Assembly (NCBI RefSeq): GCF_963676685.1
Contig: NC_092348.1
Span: 86,862,001-86,926,000, forward strand
Source of the DNA: Mytilus edulis
Lineage: Eukaryota
DNA length: 64,000 nucleotides
Direction of reading: 5' to 3'
Shown here: positions 40,401 to 52,094 of the stretch, piece after piece
Position numbering within the stretch: the first letter of the stretch is position 1
Layout: each line of letters starts with the position of its first letter
The notes under the pieces: generated by a model
What the model was told of the DNA's origin: nothing
Databases searched by the model: none
Seen by the model: only the letters and a program-made list of their open reading frames with translations
Translations under genes and position numbers: made by a program

Positions 40401-43400
40401 TATAACATATAAATAGTATCACAATGCAAATTCTCACAAAATGAATGAGTAATAAATAATATGTAGTGTTGCCTTGCTGTCACGTTGACATATCTCCACC
40501 ATATGTTATTCTTGCATAAGCTACAGACACAAACACTGCTTCAAAACACAATAAAAAGTCAATTATAAGAATGTCAGAAACTTACTTTAGCAATGTTTGG
40601 TGTTCATGAAGAAAGACCTTAGAATTTGTGTTACATAATTTCTGATGTTTGATTTGATTTTATTATTTCAGTGGCATGACAGATTTCACCAGTTTAGAAA
40701 AATAGTTTATTTCTTTGTTAAAGGATTATTATTATATAATGATGAAAAGTGAGTATTAATGTCTATTACTTGTCTATTTTAAAATGTTTTCTCATGATCT
40801 TAAGTTGACCTCTTGTGTTGTAGTGTCAAAATTTCTTGGTATATTTATACTTTTTATTTTATATTTTTATATTATATATTTTATAATGCCTGATCATCTT
40901 TTTACATTTTTGTCAAAATCAGAAATCAGAAATTGTCATTTCCTTTCAACATATGAAGTGGTTGGAACCACATCTTATAATGCCATCGCTATGACATATA
41001 ATGGTACCCTTTGAACATAATTTGAACCTCCTAAAATCCAACAGTTGTTATTTATTTTAATTTTCATGTATTGATCATAGTGAATAATGTTATGACATAT
41101 TTTTCACGCAGTAATAACCATTTAAATTTGGCACTAGTTTTTGGCATTTATATTGTCTAATTTAGTTTAAAAAAATATTTAATGGGTGCAGAAATTGACA
41201 TATTATTATAATCAATATTATTACTTTTAAAATTTGACTAGATCCAGTTGCATACATAACTATGTTTCTGATGAAAAAGTTAAATAGAAGGTTCTTTGAC
41301 AGTTAATGCTAGCAAGTTTTCGGTTCCTTTTTCAATACATTTGTATTGGAAAGTTAATTAAATCATTATTATTCAGAATAAATTTGACTATTTCTTAAAT
41401 AGAAAAAATCTATCAAATATGTATTACATTATACCATGTATTACCAATGTTATTTCAACTGATTGGGCGGAGCTTATGTTTTAATTTGCATGAGGACAGT
41501 CGATTTGAAAATGTGTGTTATTACGATGATTGCCATTATAGTTATTACTGATTTCTAATTACCTATCAGTGACCTCAAAGAAATCTACAAAAGAATGACT
41601 GGACAATGCATTGATGAGTGTATCGTAAAACACCTATCTTTAGAAGGACTGGTTTGTTATGAGCGAACTGGATAAACTCCGCCCAGTCAAGTGAAATAAA
41701 TTGAGTAATACAACCAAGTTAATTTGATGTATTGTTTAGGAGAAAATGAAAAAAATCATAATAAGAGATTGTAATGTGTTTAAAAATTATATTGTCAGAG
41801 TTTCTAGAAATGATCATTTCTGTATTTCATTTGTTATGTAATTGGTCCAATATTACACATCGCTTGTTGTTTTTCTAACTAAATGTGTTATTGGGTTTTT
41901 TTCAGATATGATAAAGCTCTCCCTTATTTGGTTCATACATATACTCTTAATACAGCACTAAAAAATCAAGTGACAGTAGATATGGGATGTTTATCTGTTA
42001 GTTTATTAGGATTTTATAGAAGACAGTGTTTATTGGTAAGTTTAACATAGTCTCTAATGCTTAGATTATAAACATTTGGTAAATGAAAAGAACATACACT
42101 AAATAATATTAGAAATATAACATAAGGCGTAAAAATTGATTGTAGTACTTTTACAAGCAAGAATAGACAATTCTCAGGAACATTACTGTATATGGGATAG
42201 CCTCTTTTTTCTAGTTGTTATATTTAGGTTGTAATTTGGGGAATTGTTATATTTAGGTTGTAATATATGGAAACTTAACTCACTGAAAAGCAGGGAGAGT
42301 GTTATTGATGTAAAAGCTACTTATTTGAGAGGCCCCTCATGGGGGGGTCCTAGTAATCACATAATCACCATTTTTTTGCCAATATAATCACATAATCATT
42401 AAATATTTGCTTATCTTTAGTAATCAAATAATCATAAACTAAAAATACAGTCCTAGGTAATCAAATAATCATGAAATTTTTGGCTTAATAATCAAATAAT
42501 CATTAAAAAAACAGCCAAGTAATCACATAATCAAAAAACCCATGAGGGCCCTCATTTGAAATGTGTATAGATGAAAGGGTTTTATATTGATTGATTGTTG
42601 TTAGTTTCATGCAACATTATGGTATATTATTAAAATCATGAAAATACTGGTGTTTATTTTTATTTTTATGGAGCAAAGACATTTTTAGCTCACCTGGCCC
42701 AAAGGGCCAAGTGAGCTTTTCTCATCACTTGGCGTCCGTCGTCCGTCGTCGTCGTCCGTCGTCGTTAACTTTTACAAAAATCTTCTCCTCTGAAACTACT
42801 GGGCCAAATCAAAGCAAACTTGGCCACAATCATCATTGGGGTATCTAGTTTAAAAAATGTGTGGCGTGACCCGGTCAACCAACCAAGATGGCCGCCACGG
42901 CTAAAAATAGAACATAGGGGTAAAATGCAGTTTTTGGCTTATAACTCAAAAACCAAAGCATTTAGAGCAAATCTGACATGGGGTAAAAATGTTTATCAGG
43001 TCAAGATCTATCTGCCCTGAAATTTTCAGATGAATCGGTCAATCGGTTGTTGGGTTGCTGCCCCTGAATTGGTAATTTTGAAGAAATTTTGCTGTTTTTG
43101 GTTATTATCTTGAATATTATTATAGTTAGAGATAAACTGTAAACAGCAATAATGTTCAGCAAAGTAAGATCTACAAATAAGTCAACATGACCAAAATGGT
43201 CAGTTGACCCGTTTAGGAGTTATTGCCCTTTATAGTAAATTTTTAACCATTTTTCGTTAATTAAAGTAATCTTTTACAAAAATCTTCTCCTCTGAAACTA
43301 CTTGGCCAAATTAATCCAAACTTGGCCACAATCATCTTTGGGGTATCTAGTTTAAAAAATGTGTGGCGTGACCTGGTCAACCAACCAAGATGGCCGCCAC

Positions 43401-45958
43401 GGCTAAAAATAGAACAAAGGGGTAAAATGCAGTTTTTGGCTTATAACTCAAAAATCAAAGCATTTTGAGGAAATCTGACATGGGATAAAAATGTTTATCA
43501 GGTCAAGATCTATCTTCCCTAAAATGTTCAGATGAATCGGTCAATCAGTTGTTGGGTTGCTGCCCCTGAATTGGTAATTTTGAGGAAATTTTGCTGTTTT
43601 TGGTTATTATCTTGAATATTATTATAGATAGAGATAAACTGTAAACAGCAATAATGTTCAGCAAAGTAAGATCTACAAATAAGTCAACATAACCAAAATG
43701 GTCAGTTGACCCGTTTAGGAGTTATTGCCCTTTATAGTCAATTTTTAACCATTTTTCATAAATTAAAGTAATCTTTTACAAAAATCTTCTCCTCTGAAAC
43801 TACTTGTCCAAATTAATCCAAACTTGGCCACAATCATCTTTGGGGTATCTAGTTTAAAAAATGTGTGGCGTGACCTGGTCAACCAACCAAGATGGCCGCC
43901 ACGGCTAAAAATAGAACATAGGGGTAAAATGCAGTTTTTGGCTTATAACTCAAAAACCAAAGCATTTTGAGGAAATCTGAAAGGGGATAAAAATGTTTAT
44001 CAGGTCAAGAACTATCTGCCCTGAAATTTTCAGATGAATCGGTCAATCGGTTGTTGGGTTGCTGCCCCTGAATTGGTAATTTTGAAGAAATTTTGCTGTT
44101 TTTGGTTATTATCTTGAATATTATTATAGTTAGAGATAAACTGTAAACAGCAATAATGTTCAGCAAAGTAAGATCTACAAATAAGTCAACATGACCTAAA
44201 TGGTCAATTGACCCCTTGAGGAGTTATTGCCCTTTATAGTCAATTTTTAACAATTTTCATTAATTTGGTAAATTTATGTAAATTTTTACCAAATATAGTT
44301 CTCTGTTACTAATGGGCAAAGTTCATGATAGATATAATTGTAAGAAGGAAAATCGTTCAGTAAAGTAAGAACTTCAAACACATCACCATCACCAAAATAC
44401 AATTTTGTCATGAATCCATTTGTGTCCTTTGTTTAATATGCACATAGACCAAGGTGAGCGACACAGGCTCTTTAGAGCCTCTAGTTTAGTTTGTTCCAGT
44501 CATATCTTTTTGATATATCTGCTAGTAAAAATACAAAATATCAATATTGCAGTAAAATAGAGTTGTACTGAATATTTCTTGAGTTGTTTTGTCCTCGTGA
44601 AATTTTTGTGTGAAAATTTTATCAGCTCTTTCCAACAATTTTTGATTAACTATTGACTAAGATATTATGATTCAAAGCTTTAAGAATCCAAATTTAAGTA
44701 CATTTTCTTGTAATCTCTCTTTTATATTTCTCAGCATATGAACGACATGCTAACTCATCAGTTTGAAAGTCTTGAGGACATCACAGAGACTATGGGTATT
44801 ATGAATAACTACATTGTGCCATGTCTGCCATGTTTGCTACAGTCTGGCTACACTGATGACCAAAGTGCTGCAGAGGAAATCAGAGAAAAATGGTGCTCAT
44901 TTCTTGGACAAGAAATTGGTGGTATGTCTCCTTCAAAAGGTCAGAATATTTCACTAAATTGTTTATGAATTAAAAGACATATTTTATATAAAGTGCTATT
45001 TTAAAAACTTTAATAGATTAAAATAATGTATTCTCACTCGCTATCAAAAACTTCTTCATAAAAAGCTGATTCATTTGAAAATAATTTTCAGAAGATCTAC
45101 AAAAAGAATTGCGGTCTCATACTTATTTTTTATGACCCATTTTTATGCCCCATTTATGGGCATTATGTTTTCTGGTTTGTGCATCTGTTTGTCCATTCGT
45201 TCGTTCCACTTTAGGTTAAAGTTTTTGGTCAATGTAGTTTTTGATGAAGTTGAAGTCCAATCAACTTGAAATCTAGTGAACATGTTCCCTGTGATATGAT
45301 CTTTCTAATTTAACTGCCAAATTAGAGAATTTTCTTATTTTCACTGTTCACTGAACATAGAAAATGATTGTGCAGATGGGGCATCAGTGTACTGGGGACA
45401 CATTCTTGTTTATAGAAATGTTTTGGGGAAATATCCCCAAGCAAGTCTCTGCCTTTAACTATACAAAAAGAGGGACAGGGTAAATCAAAAATCTTTTATA
45501 AACATATAAAGAAGATATGGTATGATCGCAAATGAGATGACTATCTACCAGAGACCAAATGACATTGATGTTTTTCAAGTGTTTTTGGACTGGAATTCTC
45601 AGAGCAAAAAGTGAATGGTTTATGAAAGATTTAAAAAGTTTAATTGCATTGTGTGAATTTCAAGAGGTAACATGTAATTGTGTAAGATCAGTTTTGAACT
45701 AATTTTCAGTTTTGATTTAAGTAACAGGAAATTATGTCTAATTCATAATGAAAAACATATTTTGTAATTTCAGCCAAGAAAGTTGAAATGTTACAAGACT
45801 TATTATCAAAGTTATTTGAACCACCAGGTGATACAAGTGTTACTAGAATTCCAGCTGTGATGCATGCAGAACTAAAAACATTATATAGGGAATTCCAGAG
45901 GTTAATGGACATAGCTGATGAGGGGGGATACTTAGAAAAAGCATTACAGAGTAAATGA
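16415..45958 (+). CDS. USP25: Ubiquitin carboxyl-terminal hydrolase 25/28-like, complete, 24 coding exons, ~1086 aa
   Basis: MTV start, UBA-like [12 protein letters not shown] (VIDLT), two UIMs, Cys box [26 protein letters not shown], His box [36 protein letters not shown]. All introns GT-AG and in phase; 3261 nt in total. Confidence 0.96.
17635..17823 (+). CDS. USP25: USP25/28 exon 2 (UBA-like)
   Basis: [22 protein letters not shown]...SPPKK. Confidence 0.92.
18031..18942 (+). mobile_element. Head-to-tail dimer of a non-autonomous Helentron/HINE-like element (family A)
   Basis: Each ~455-bp unit has a T-run, subTIR tgccccac with a nearby inverted ggggca, a cgtt/cgtc microsatellite, two internal repeats, gtggggca and a 3' hairpin gtgtactatggacac. 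Confidence 0.85.
19095..19224 (+). CDS. USP25: USP25/28 exon 3
   Basis: STVNPLPP...NKSQ, phase-compatible. Confidence 0.85.
19757..19883 (+). CDS. USP25: USP25/28 exon 4 (SIM, UIM)
   Basis: [24 protein letters not shown]...EEQDIS. Confidence 0.93.
20161..20326 (+). CDS. USP25: USP25/28 exon 5 (catalytic Cys box)
   Basis: VLEQSL...[18 protein letters not shown]|gtaatc. Confidence 0.95.
20300..20606 (+). repeat. ~8 x 39 bp tandem repeat of the USP exon 5 3' end plus donor site
   Basis: Unit acctgttggtttagtgctgtaatacaggtaatcatattt, which translates as [13 protein letters not shown]. Confidence 0.95.
21163..21231 (+). CDS. USP25: USP25/28 exon 6
   Basis: [23 protein letters not shown]. Confidence 0.93.
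21358..25590 (+). mobile_element. HINE-like element family B (outer copy) with internal ~160-bp tandem repeats
   Basis: subTIRs tatacgaccgca / tgcggtcgtata, (gtc)n microsatellite, 3' hairpin, T-rich flanks. Confidence 0.85.
22557..24808 (+). mobile_element. HINE-like element family B (inner copy nested in the outer copy)
   Basis: A second complete set of the same 5' and 3' ends. The outer sequence resumes with attatgggcccag after 24808. Confidence 0.85.
25904..26062 (+). CDS. USP25: USP25/28 exon 7 (NAGNAG acceptor)
   Basis: [33 protein letters not shown]...SQQ. Confidence 0.94.
26081..27202. mobile_element. Non-autonomous hAT-like DNA transposon
   Basis: TIR tagggatgtcaa / ttgccatcccca, 8-bp TSD attattgt / attattct, subterminal CGAGTACTCG motifs at both ends. 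Confidence 0.85.
27681..27766 (+). CDS. USP25: USP25/28 exon 8
   Basis: [17 protein letters not shown]. Confidence 0.94.
28314..28393 (+). CDS. USP25: USP25/28 exon 9
   Basis: [19 protein letters not shown]. Confidence 0.94.
28717..28865 (+). CDS. USP25: USP25/28 exon 10
   Basis: [21 protein letters not shown]...SGQE. Confidence 0.94.
29288..29415 (+). CDS. USP25: USP25/28 exon 11
   Basis: [42 protein letters not shown]. Confidence 0.95.
29500..29800 (+). mobile_element. Degenerate 3' fragment of a family-B-like HINE
   Basis: Contains cacaatccaaattcagagctgtatc and tgcggtcgtatc, matching the family B 3' end. Confidence 0.7.
29911..30006 (+). CDS. USP25: USP25/28 exon 12
   Basis: [23 protein letters not shown]. 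Confidence 0.92.
30415..30555 (+). CDS. USP25: USP25/28 exon 13
   Basis: [21 protein letters not shown]. Confidence 0.93.
30995..31206 (+). CDS. USP25: USP25/28 exon 14
   Basis: [30 protein letters not shown]. Confidence 0.93.
31700..31770 (+). CDS. USP25: USP25/28 exon 15
   Basis: [23 protein letters not shown]. Confidence 0.9.
32732..32951 (+). CDS. USP25: USP25/28 exon 16 (His box)
   Basis: [23 protein letters not shown]...WLKFND...NASAYCLMY. Confidence 0.96.
33838..34002 (+). CDS. USP25: USP25/28 exon 17
   Basis: [24 protein letters not shown]...ETKP|gtaagt. Confidence 0.9.
33935..34520 (+). repeat. ~7 x 78 bp tandem repeat of the USP exon 17 3' end plus donor site
   Basis: The unit translates as [22 protein letters not shown](S/G)(K/R)YQ and decays into the intron. 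Confidence 0.95.
34751..34929 (+). CDS. USP25: USP25/28 exon 18
   Basis: Open, AG/GT flanked, phase-compatible. Confidence 0.85.
35800..35960. repeat. Long imperfect palindrome
   Basis: agattccaccactgtaac...tctccactc pairs with gagtggaga...gttgcagttgtggaatct. Confidence 0.75.
36013..36200 (+). CDS. USP25: USP25/28 exon 19
   Basis: ELQRL...[12 protein letters not shown]...LEQF. Confidence 0.9.
36710..36791 (+). CDS. USP25: USP25/28 exon 20
   Basis: [27 protein letters not shown]. Confidence 0.85.
36856..39829 (+). mobile_element. Composite of three HINE-like families (A 5' end, B 5' part, C 3' part)
   Basis: A-type start at 36856, B-type start at ~36978 running to ~38320, then C-type ~500-bp repeats and the C-type 3' end ggtgagcgacacagggtccttggaccctctagtt. 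Confidence 0.8.
40672..40748 (+). CDS. USP25: USP25/28 exon 21
   Basis: [22 protein letters not shown]. Confidence 0.9.
41437..41712. mobile_element. MITE-like element with ~40-bp imperfect TIRs
   Basis: tgtattaccaatgttatttcaactgattgggcggag / ctccgcccagtcaagtgaaataaattgagtaataca. Confidence 0.65.
41906..42035 (+). CDS. USP25: USP25/28 exon 22
   Basis: [10 protein letters not shown]...FYRRQCLL. Confidence 0.9.
42327..42553. mobile_element. MITE with GAG...CTC termini (Sola-like?) and internal TAATCA repeats
   Basis: gaggcccctcatggg / cccatgagggccctc, flanked by duplicated attt(ga). Confidence 0.7.
42682..44487 (+). mobile_element. HINE-like element family C with ~3 x 502-bp internal repeats
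   Basis: 5' tttagctcacctggcccaaagggccaagtgagc, gtc microsatellite, 3' ggtgagc plus hairpin aggctctttagagcct. Confidence 0.85.
44735..44921 (+). CDS. USP25: USP25/28 exon 23
   Basis: [12 protein letters not shown]...[15 protein letters not shown]. Confidence 0.92.
45140..45410 (+). mobile_element. HINE-like family A, short copy
   Basis: Same ends as 18031-18493 with one internal repeat. Confidence 0.8.
45774..45958 (+). CDS. USP25: USP25/28 exon 24 (terminal)
   Basis: [14 protein letters not shown]...ALQSK-stop; AATAAA at ~46283. Confidence 0.9.
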
Positions 45959-45990
45959 GGATATTAGATCATGTCACATATTAAAGTCCT

Positions 45991-46212
45991 ACTTCATAAA
46001 GATACCAGGTTGCCATGCTTTCTAGTGTGTAGTCTGAAGTAGTTAAGATCCACAAACAGGAAACCAGTATAAAGAATAGATATCAATTACGAGAATTATA
46101 ACTTCATAATGATACCAGGTTGTCATCCTTTCTGTTTCTGTTGTATCAGCTAAAACAGTTTTGATAGACAAACAGAAAACCAGTACAAAGAATAGATATT
46201 AATTACAAGAAT
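45991..46212 (+). repeat. 2 x ~110 bp tandem duplication in the USP 3' UTR
   Basis: acttcataa.gataccaggttg...aaagaatagatat.aattac.agaatta occurs twice. Confidence 0.8.
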
Positions 46213-47144
46213 TAAATGTTATACTTGATAGTGAGATAATACACATTTTGACATGTTTTCATTTTAAACTACAATAATTCAAAATAAAACCTTAATGTTT
46301 GAATCTTAAAAAAGATTTTCATGATATTTTTTTTAATTTAAATAACAGGCAAAGTAAAAATAGTGAATGAATGCAAAAATAGTGGTAAAGCAGAAATGAT
46401 CGCTGATGAAAACCAACCCATGTTGGGCATACTCAGGTTAAGTTCAAAGGTTGTACAGAAGATTTAGCTGACATGAAAGAAAGTTACTAGTGTAGGATTT
46501 TGATTTATTCATACATTATAAAAAGCTTTTATTTTAAGACCATAATTTTACATATCGCAACATAGATTTTTTTTTTATAGATATAAAAACTATTTTAGTT
46601 GAAAAATAAAGATAAATTATAAAGCAGCTTTTAATTGTTTGTATCATTTCTCAGTAATTCATCATATGTTTTAACCTTACATAGTCTCATGTCTTTGATC
46701 TAATTATAATTTTGATAAATTGAAAGTAAAATCGAATAGTTTGGGTAATATGAACAGATTTTAAAAAAAAAAACAAAAAAAAACACTTTTATCAAAAGAA
46801 ATTATTTTTATTTACAAAATTTTCAAGTCACTTCTTATTTAGCAGCATTTTTTGAAAAATCAAATCTGTTTGGTGTCAACTTGTACATTAAAGGAGTTCC
46901 ATACTCTTAAGATGCAAAAAGTTAAGTATATATATAAAAGATATTGAATTGACATTTGAAATAGAACAAAAGTGTGGCATTTTAAAAAGTCAATACGTTT
47001 TGTCTAAACTATTTTATATGGATATTGGTGCAGTGTTTATGAATTCCAAATGTATCTATTATGTGTATCAAATGGCTTTTAATTTGATTTCTGGCAAGTT
47101 TTTATTGTTCATGTTTTCTGCCCAGGTTAAGTAAAGGATAAGTA

Positions 47145-47603
47145 TTTTATGACCCACCTACGATAGTAGAGGGGCATTATGTTTTCTGGTCTGTACATTT
47201 GTCCGTCTGTTCATTTGTCCATCCATTCGTCCCGCTTCAGGTTAAAGTTTTTGGTCAAGGTAGTTTTTGATGAAGCTGAAGTCCAATCAACTTGAAACTT
47301 AGTACACTTGTTGCTTATGATATAATCTTTCTAATTTTAAAGCAAAATTAGACTTTTGACCCCAATTTCACGGTCCACTGAACATAGAAAATGAAATGGG
47401 AGTTTCAGGTTAAAGTTTTTGGTCAAGGTAGTTTTTGATGAAGTTGAAGTCCAATCAACTTGAAACTTAGTACACATGTTCCCTATGGTATAATCTTTCT
47501 AATTTTAATGCCAAATTAGAATTTTTACCCTATTTCACAGTCCATTGAGCATGTAACTTGAAAGTGCGAGTGGGGCATCCATGTACTTGGACACATTCTT
47601 GTT
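47145..47603 (+). mobile_element. HINE-like family A copy
   Basis: Matches 18031-18493 end to end. Confidence 0.85.
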
Positions 47604-47798
47604 TCATATCAGTTGTCCCTTTGTTTTCTTCATTATAAGTTATCAATATCATTTTTTCTGATACTGTAAATTTAGAAACTATTGTGTGCATTCATCATTG
47701 CAATTTTTGTTAGATTAACAAAAAAGAAAGTTTAATATTGAGATTTTTGGAAAAGCTTCATACATACATATGTATCATGTATCAGAATATGTACCCAT

Positions 47799-47954
47799 TA
47801 TCAGGTCGTCTGCATGTAGATATCGTAAAATATCAGCTGCAAAACATAATATGAAGCTTTTTGTTGAGTGAGCACAGCGAACGAGATATAAAAATCCTTC
47901 ATATTGTGTTGAGCAGCTGATATTTTACGATATCAACATGCAGATAACCTGATA
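47799..47954. repeat. Long palindrome, ~60-bp arms
   Basis: tatcagg..tctgcatgtagatatcgtaaaatatcagctgc..atatgaag / cttcatat..gcagctgatattttacgatatcaacatgcaga..cctgata. Confidence 0.85.
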
Positions 47955-48784
47955 TCTGTTTAATCGGGCTGTATTTGCGTCTTATGTTTTCTTAGTTTAA
48001 CCATCAACTGGAAGTTGACTTGATAAGTTCGGGTCAAACTTATCAACGTCAGTTTAAACATTATGACATAGCTGATATGTGTGGGACAAACAGTAGTCAC
48101 CAAATATCGTCTTGTTAGTGTTCCATTTCTAATACATTTTGTTCATCCTCTGTTCTTAAACTACTCTAACCTAATGCTACTTTACTGCTCTGATCATTTT
48201 CTGTAATGGAATCAACTTAGTTGGTGCTTTTTTTTTAAGTTTACTGACCAGACCATATTAAAGGTTACTTGAATTGTATTTCTTACAATTTCTGCATTGT
48301 TCATCTTTAATAGTTGTAAACAATTGTATGTCTATTTACATCAGAATATTAAATTCTTCTTTCTTGTCAGATCATGAAATTTACATTTATAATGCATAGA
48401 TAGAATTGCTTGCATGATTTTACATGATTTTAATTTATTTCTGTTTAAATGCATAACCCTTCAGATGGAAGGATTTTAATAATTTATTTTTAAGAAGTAC
48501 ACAGTTAGCTTTCCATAGTGTGTAAATAGCTTGTAAGATATGTAATATATAATGTATATACTGTAAAATAAATTTTGAATTGTTAAGTGGTTTGCAAAAA
48601 AAGATTTTTGCAACTGGTTTTTGAAAGGAAAAGAAATAAATGAATTGAGACACATTTATTGTTGTAATTTTTTTCTTGCCTACAACAAATCACAGAATTT
48701 GAAACATAGATGTTCTAGTATGACAGGAGCAATTAATTGGTTGTAAGCTTAATGTAAACTCATCATAGATACAAAAAGTATTTG

Positions 48785-48826
48785 TGCCAGACAATCGTTT
48801 TGTCTACAAAAGATTCATCAGTGATG
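48785..48826 (-). ncRNA. Degenerate minimal hammerhead ribozyme, same family
   Basis: catca-CTGATGA-atcttttgtagac-aAAAC-gatt-GTC-tggca. The GAAA box is mutated. Confidence 0.6.
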
Positions 48827-49689
48827 CTTGAATAAAAAAAGTTAAAAAAGGCCATAAGTACCAAGTTAAAAAGCATTGAGGACCAAAAGTTTCTGAAACT
48901 TTTGTGAAATACAGTTACGGTAATCTAATTCTGAGGTAGAAAACCCTAAGTAGTTCAAAAATTGAAGTTATGTAAACAGTTGATTTATAATTACAATGTA
49001 TGAACAAATCAATAATAATTCATGTCAACACAGACGAGCTTTTGTGATATACATATTGTATGGCCTATAGCTTCTATATTGCATATTTCATGTACCTGAC
49101 CTAATTTTCCTGGCCATCTGAATATTTAGTTTGAATGTTTAATTTTGAACTGTTATTCCAACTTTCAAAGTACTTTGAGTCTTAGTCAACTTAAAAAGTG
49201 AAATAACAAAATTATCAAACTCTGAAGAAAATTCATAACGGTAAGTCCCTGATCAAATGAAAAAAATTAAAAGCACCAACACATCAAACGATGGATAACA
49301 ACTGTTATATTCCTAATTTGGTACAGACATTTCTTAAGTTGAAAACGTTGTATTAAACTTGGTTTGAAAGCTAGTTAAACCTCTCACTTGTATGACTGGG
49401 ATAACATTTCATTGTATTGACAACGAAATGTGAACACAACAAACAGACAATACATTAAAGGTAATAATTCAAATGGATATTACCAAAAGTAGACTAAACA
49501 GTAAAAGTAATAAGAATCACTGTTGAATGCACATGTCATCTGACAGGGAGTGCTGACCTACACATCATTTCATTGTCAAGTGATAAACAATTACCAAAGT
49601 TCAAATGAAGTGGCTGTAAGCAATTATAGTCAACCTTTGGTATTGGTCATCTGAAATTGTACCAAGTCAGCAAAACAGCCACTGTTATG

Positions 49690-49953
49690 TCAAATTAAAG
49701 TATTGACCCCAATTTCATGGTCCACTGAACAAAGAAAAAGATAGTGTGAAGCTGAGGTTAAAGTTTTTGGTCAAGGTAGTTTTTGATGAAGTTGAAGTCC
49801 AATCAACTTGAAACTTAGTACACATGTAAACTATGATATGATCTTTCTAATTTTAATGCCAAATTAAAGTATTGACCCCAATTTCAAGGTCCAGTGAACA
49901 TGTAAAATGATAGTGCGAGTGGGGCATCCGTGTACTATGGACACATTCTTGTT
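49690..49953 (+). mobile_element. HINE-like family A, 3' part
   Basis: Internal repeat and the 3' end gtggggcatccgtgtactatggacacattcttg. Confidence 0.8.
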
Positions 49954-52094
49954 TTTGCCTGTTTTTCTTAAATTTTTAACAATAGGCCAACTATGTTTGT
50001 TAAATGGAAGAATTGTGAGCTGTTCATGACTGCCTGGCATGGTTCATCTGACCTTGGCCTCATTTTCATGTTTCATTGGTCAATGTTTAATTTTCTTGGT
50101 AAATGTTAAGTTTATCTGACAGTTGTAATAAAGCTTTATATTTAGGACTATCAACATACTATAAATGATTAGTAAAGAAGGCGAGACATTTCAGCGTGTG
50201 CAGTCTTGTGGTCCGATTCGTCGGATAACAATTCTTCCCCCTTATTTGTATCAACGATAGTTTCCTGTTTATTTGGTGTGCAAAATGTGTTCCCCCTTTT
50301 AAGTTGTCGATTTAGTTTCTTTTTGCGATTTTATTCCTTTCTTCTTACCAGTTTTATTCTAAAATAGATAGTGTATGAGTTATCTATGTGTACAAACAGA
50401 CCAGTGACAATTTTAGATACAATGTAGTTAATATTTGATTTAGTTTAGAATTCCATGCTGGAGGCAACACATGCAATTTCGCATTTTTTCTTTTGCAGTT
50501 TTGAAATCTCTTAGGTTTTTGTTAAGGTTTTTGGCGACGGAATTCATTACCTAAAATAATAATTTCAGGAAATATTATGCCAAATTTGTCAGAACAAGTA
50601 TTCTGTTGACTTTTGAACTAATGAAAAATATGTTTTCATTTTATATGTAGGAGGGTCATAGTTATTCGTTGACGGTGAACGTCTGTGTTAATTTTTACAG
50701 TATTGGGTTTTTTGGGTTGTTTTTTTATTCATTTTTATCTGGGACTATTATACTGTAGTATAATTATATAATAGTCCCAGTTTTTATATTGAAAAATGTC
50801 TATTCCCGTGATATATTATTTTCAACAGTTGCAGTTTAGACAAAACCAGCCGGCAGAGTATACCTTTTATAGTGCGGCATTATATAGAAAACCGTAAAAA
50901 AGGAAAATAACACAAATACCGAACTCCGAGTTGAATTCAAAACGGAAAATAACTAAATCGAATGGCAAACACACTAAACGAATGGATAACAGTTGTTATA
51001 TCCCTGACTAGGTACAAAAATAGGGATACAGCAGTCAACATTGTTATAATCTCAATCATTATAAAAACAAACAAATATGTCAACAAATAAAACCAAAAAG
51101 GCATATAGACAAAGAGCATTAGGAAAAACGAAAGACAAAAAAAACCAATAATTTATCATAAAGCATTAAAACACAATGACGGGATGAATAAGTACCGCGC
51201 CATATCAAATGGACACCACAATATAATCCAATTAACAGTTAAAGCAAGAATTTATACAGATAAATAGCAGAACACAATATCACGTTATTAAGATGATAAA
51301 CAATGTCAGTGCCTAGCATCTATACTTCACGGACATCGTGCATGAATTTGAAGTTGATATGGGAAACTATCAACAAGGTCTTTGTATCTTCCAATTAACG
51401 TTTTTAGAAAACAGGACTCCAAAGGGAAGTAAGATGCACCACAGCTTATACTAAAAAAAATATAAACTTTAAAAAAATACAATGTAAAATTTTCATGTTA
51501 ACACAGCTTCTCATTTAACTTAAATTTTAAAGGTATTTTGTCATTTTAAATGAATTTTAATTAAAACAGCTTTGATGTTGAATTACATTTTAAAGTTTTA
51601 TGTCATTATTCATGTTCCTTAAAACAAATATGAAGTATTATTAAGAGAAGTGAAAACAACACTTTAGAAATCTATGCATCGGAAGGTATTCAGAAATAAC
51701 ACAAAAAGAATTAAATGTCGGTGTCGCATTTTACACCGCGCAGATAGTTCTTACACTTGGTTTTAGAAAAATCAAATACCTGTATAAAGATAAAGATATG
51801 TGGTATGATTGTCATTGAGACAACTATCAACCAAAAATTAAAAGTAGTTAACAATTGTAGGCAACCGTTCGGCTTTTAACATTAATAAAAACCAAAACGT
51901 AAAGTCGGCTAAAAAAGCCCCGACATGAAAAACTATGAAATAATTCAATTGAGAAAACCAAAAAAATACGAAAAACGTACAGGACAGAAGAAAACCAACA
52001 ACAACCACTAGATTGCACATACTCATACATAATGTAAAAGGAGGGGTAAACATGTTTGTGAGCGGTCAAGTCCTTATGTTTAAACCATTTTTAA

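Noticed and set aside
38662-43020. Recurrent short ORFs MATIII...QPRWPP
   Set aside because: Chance frames inside the ~500-bp internal repeats of the family C element, with non-ATG starts.
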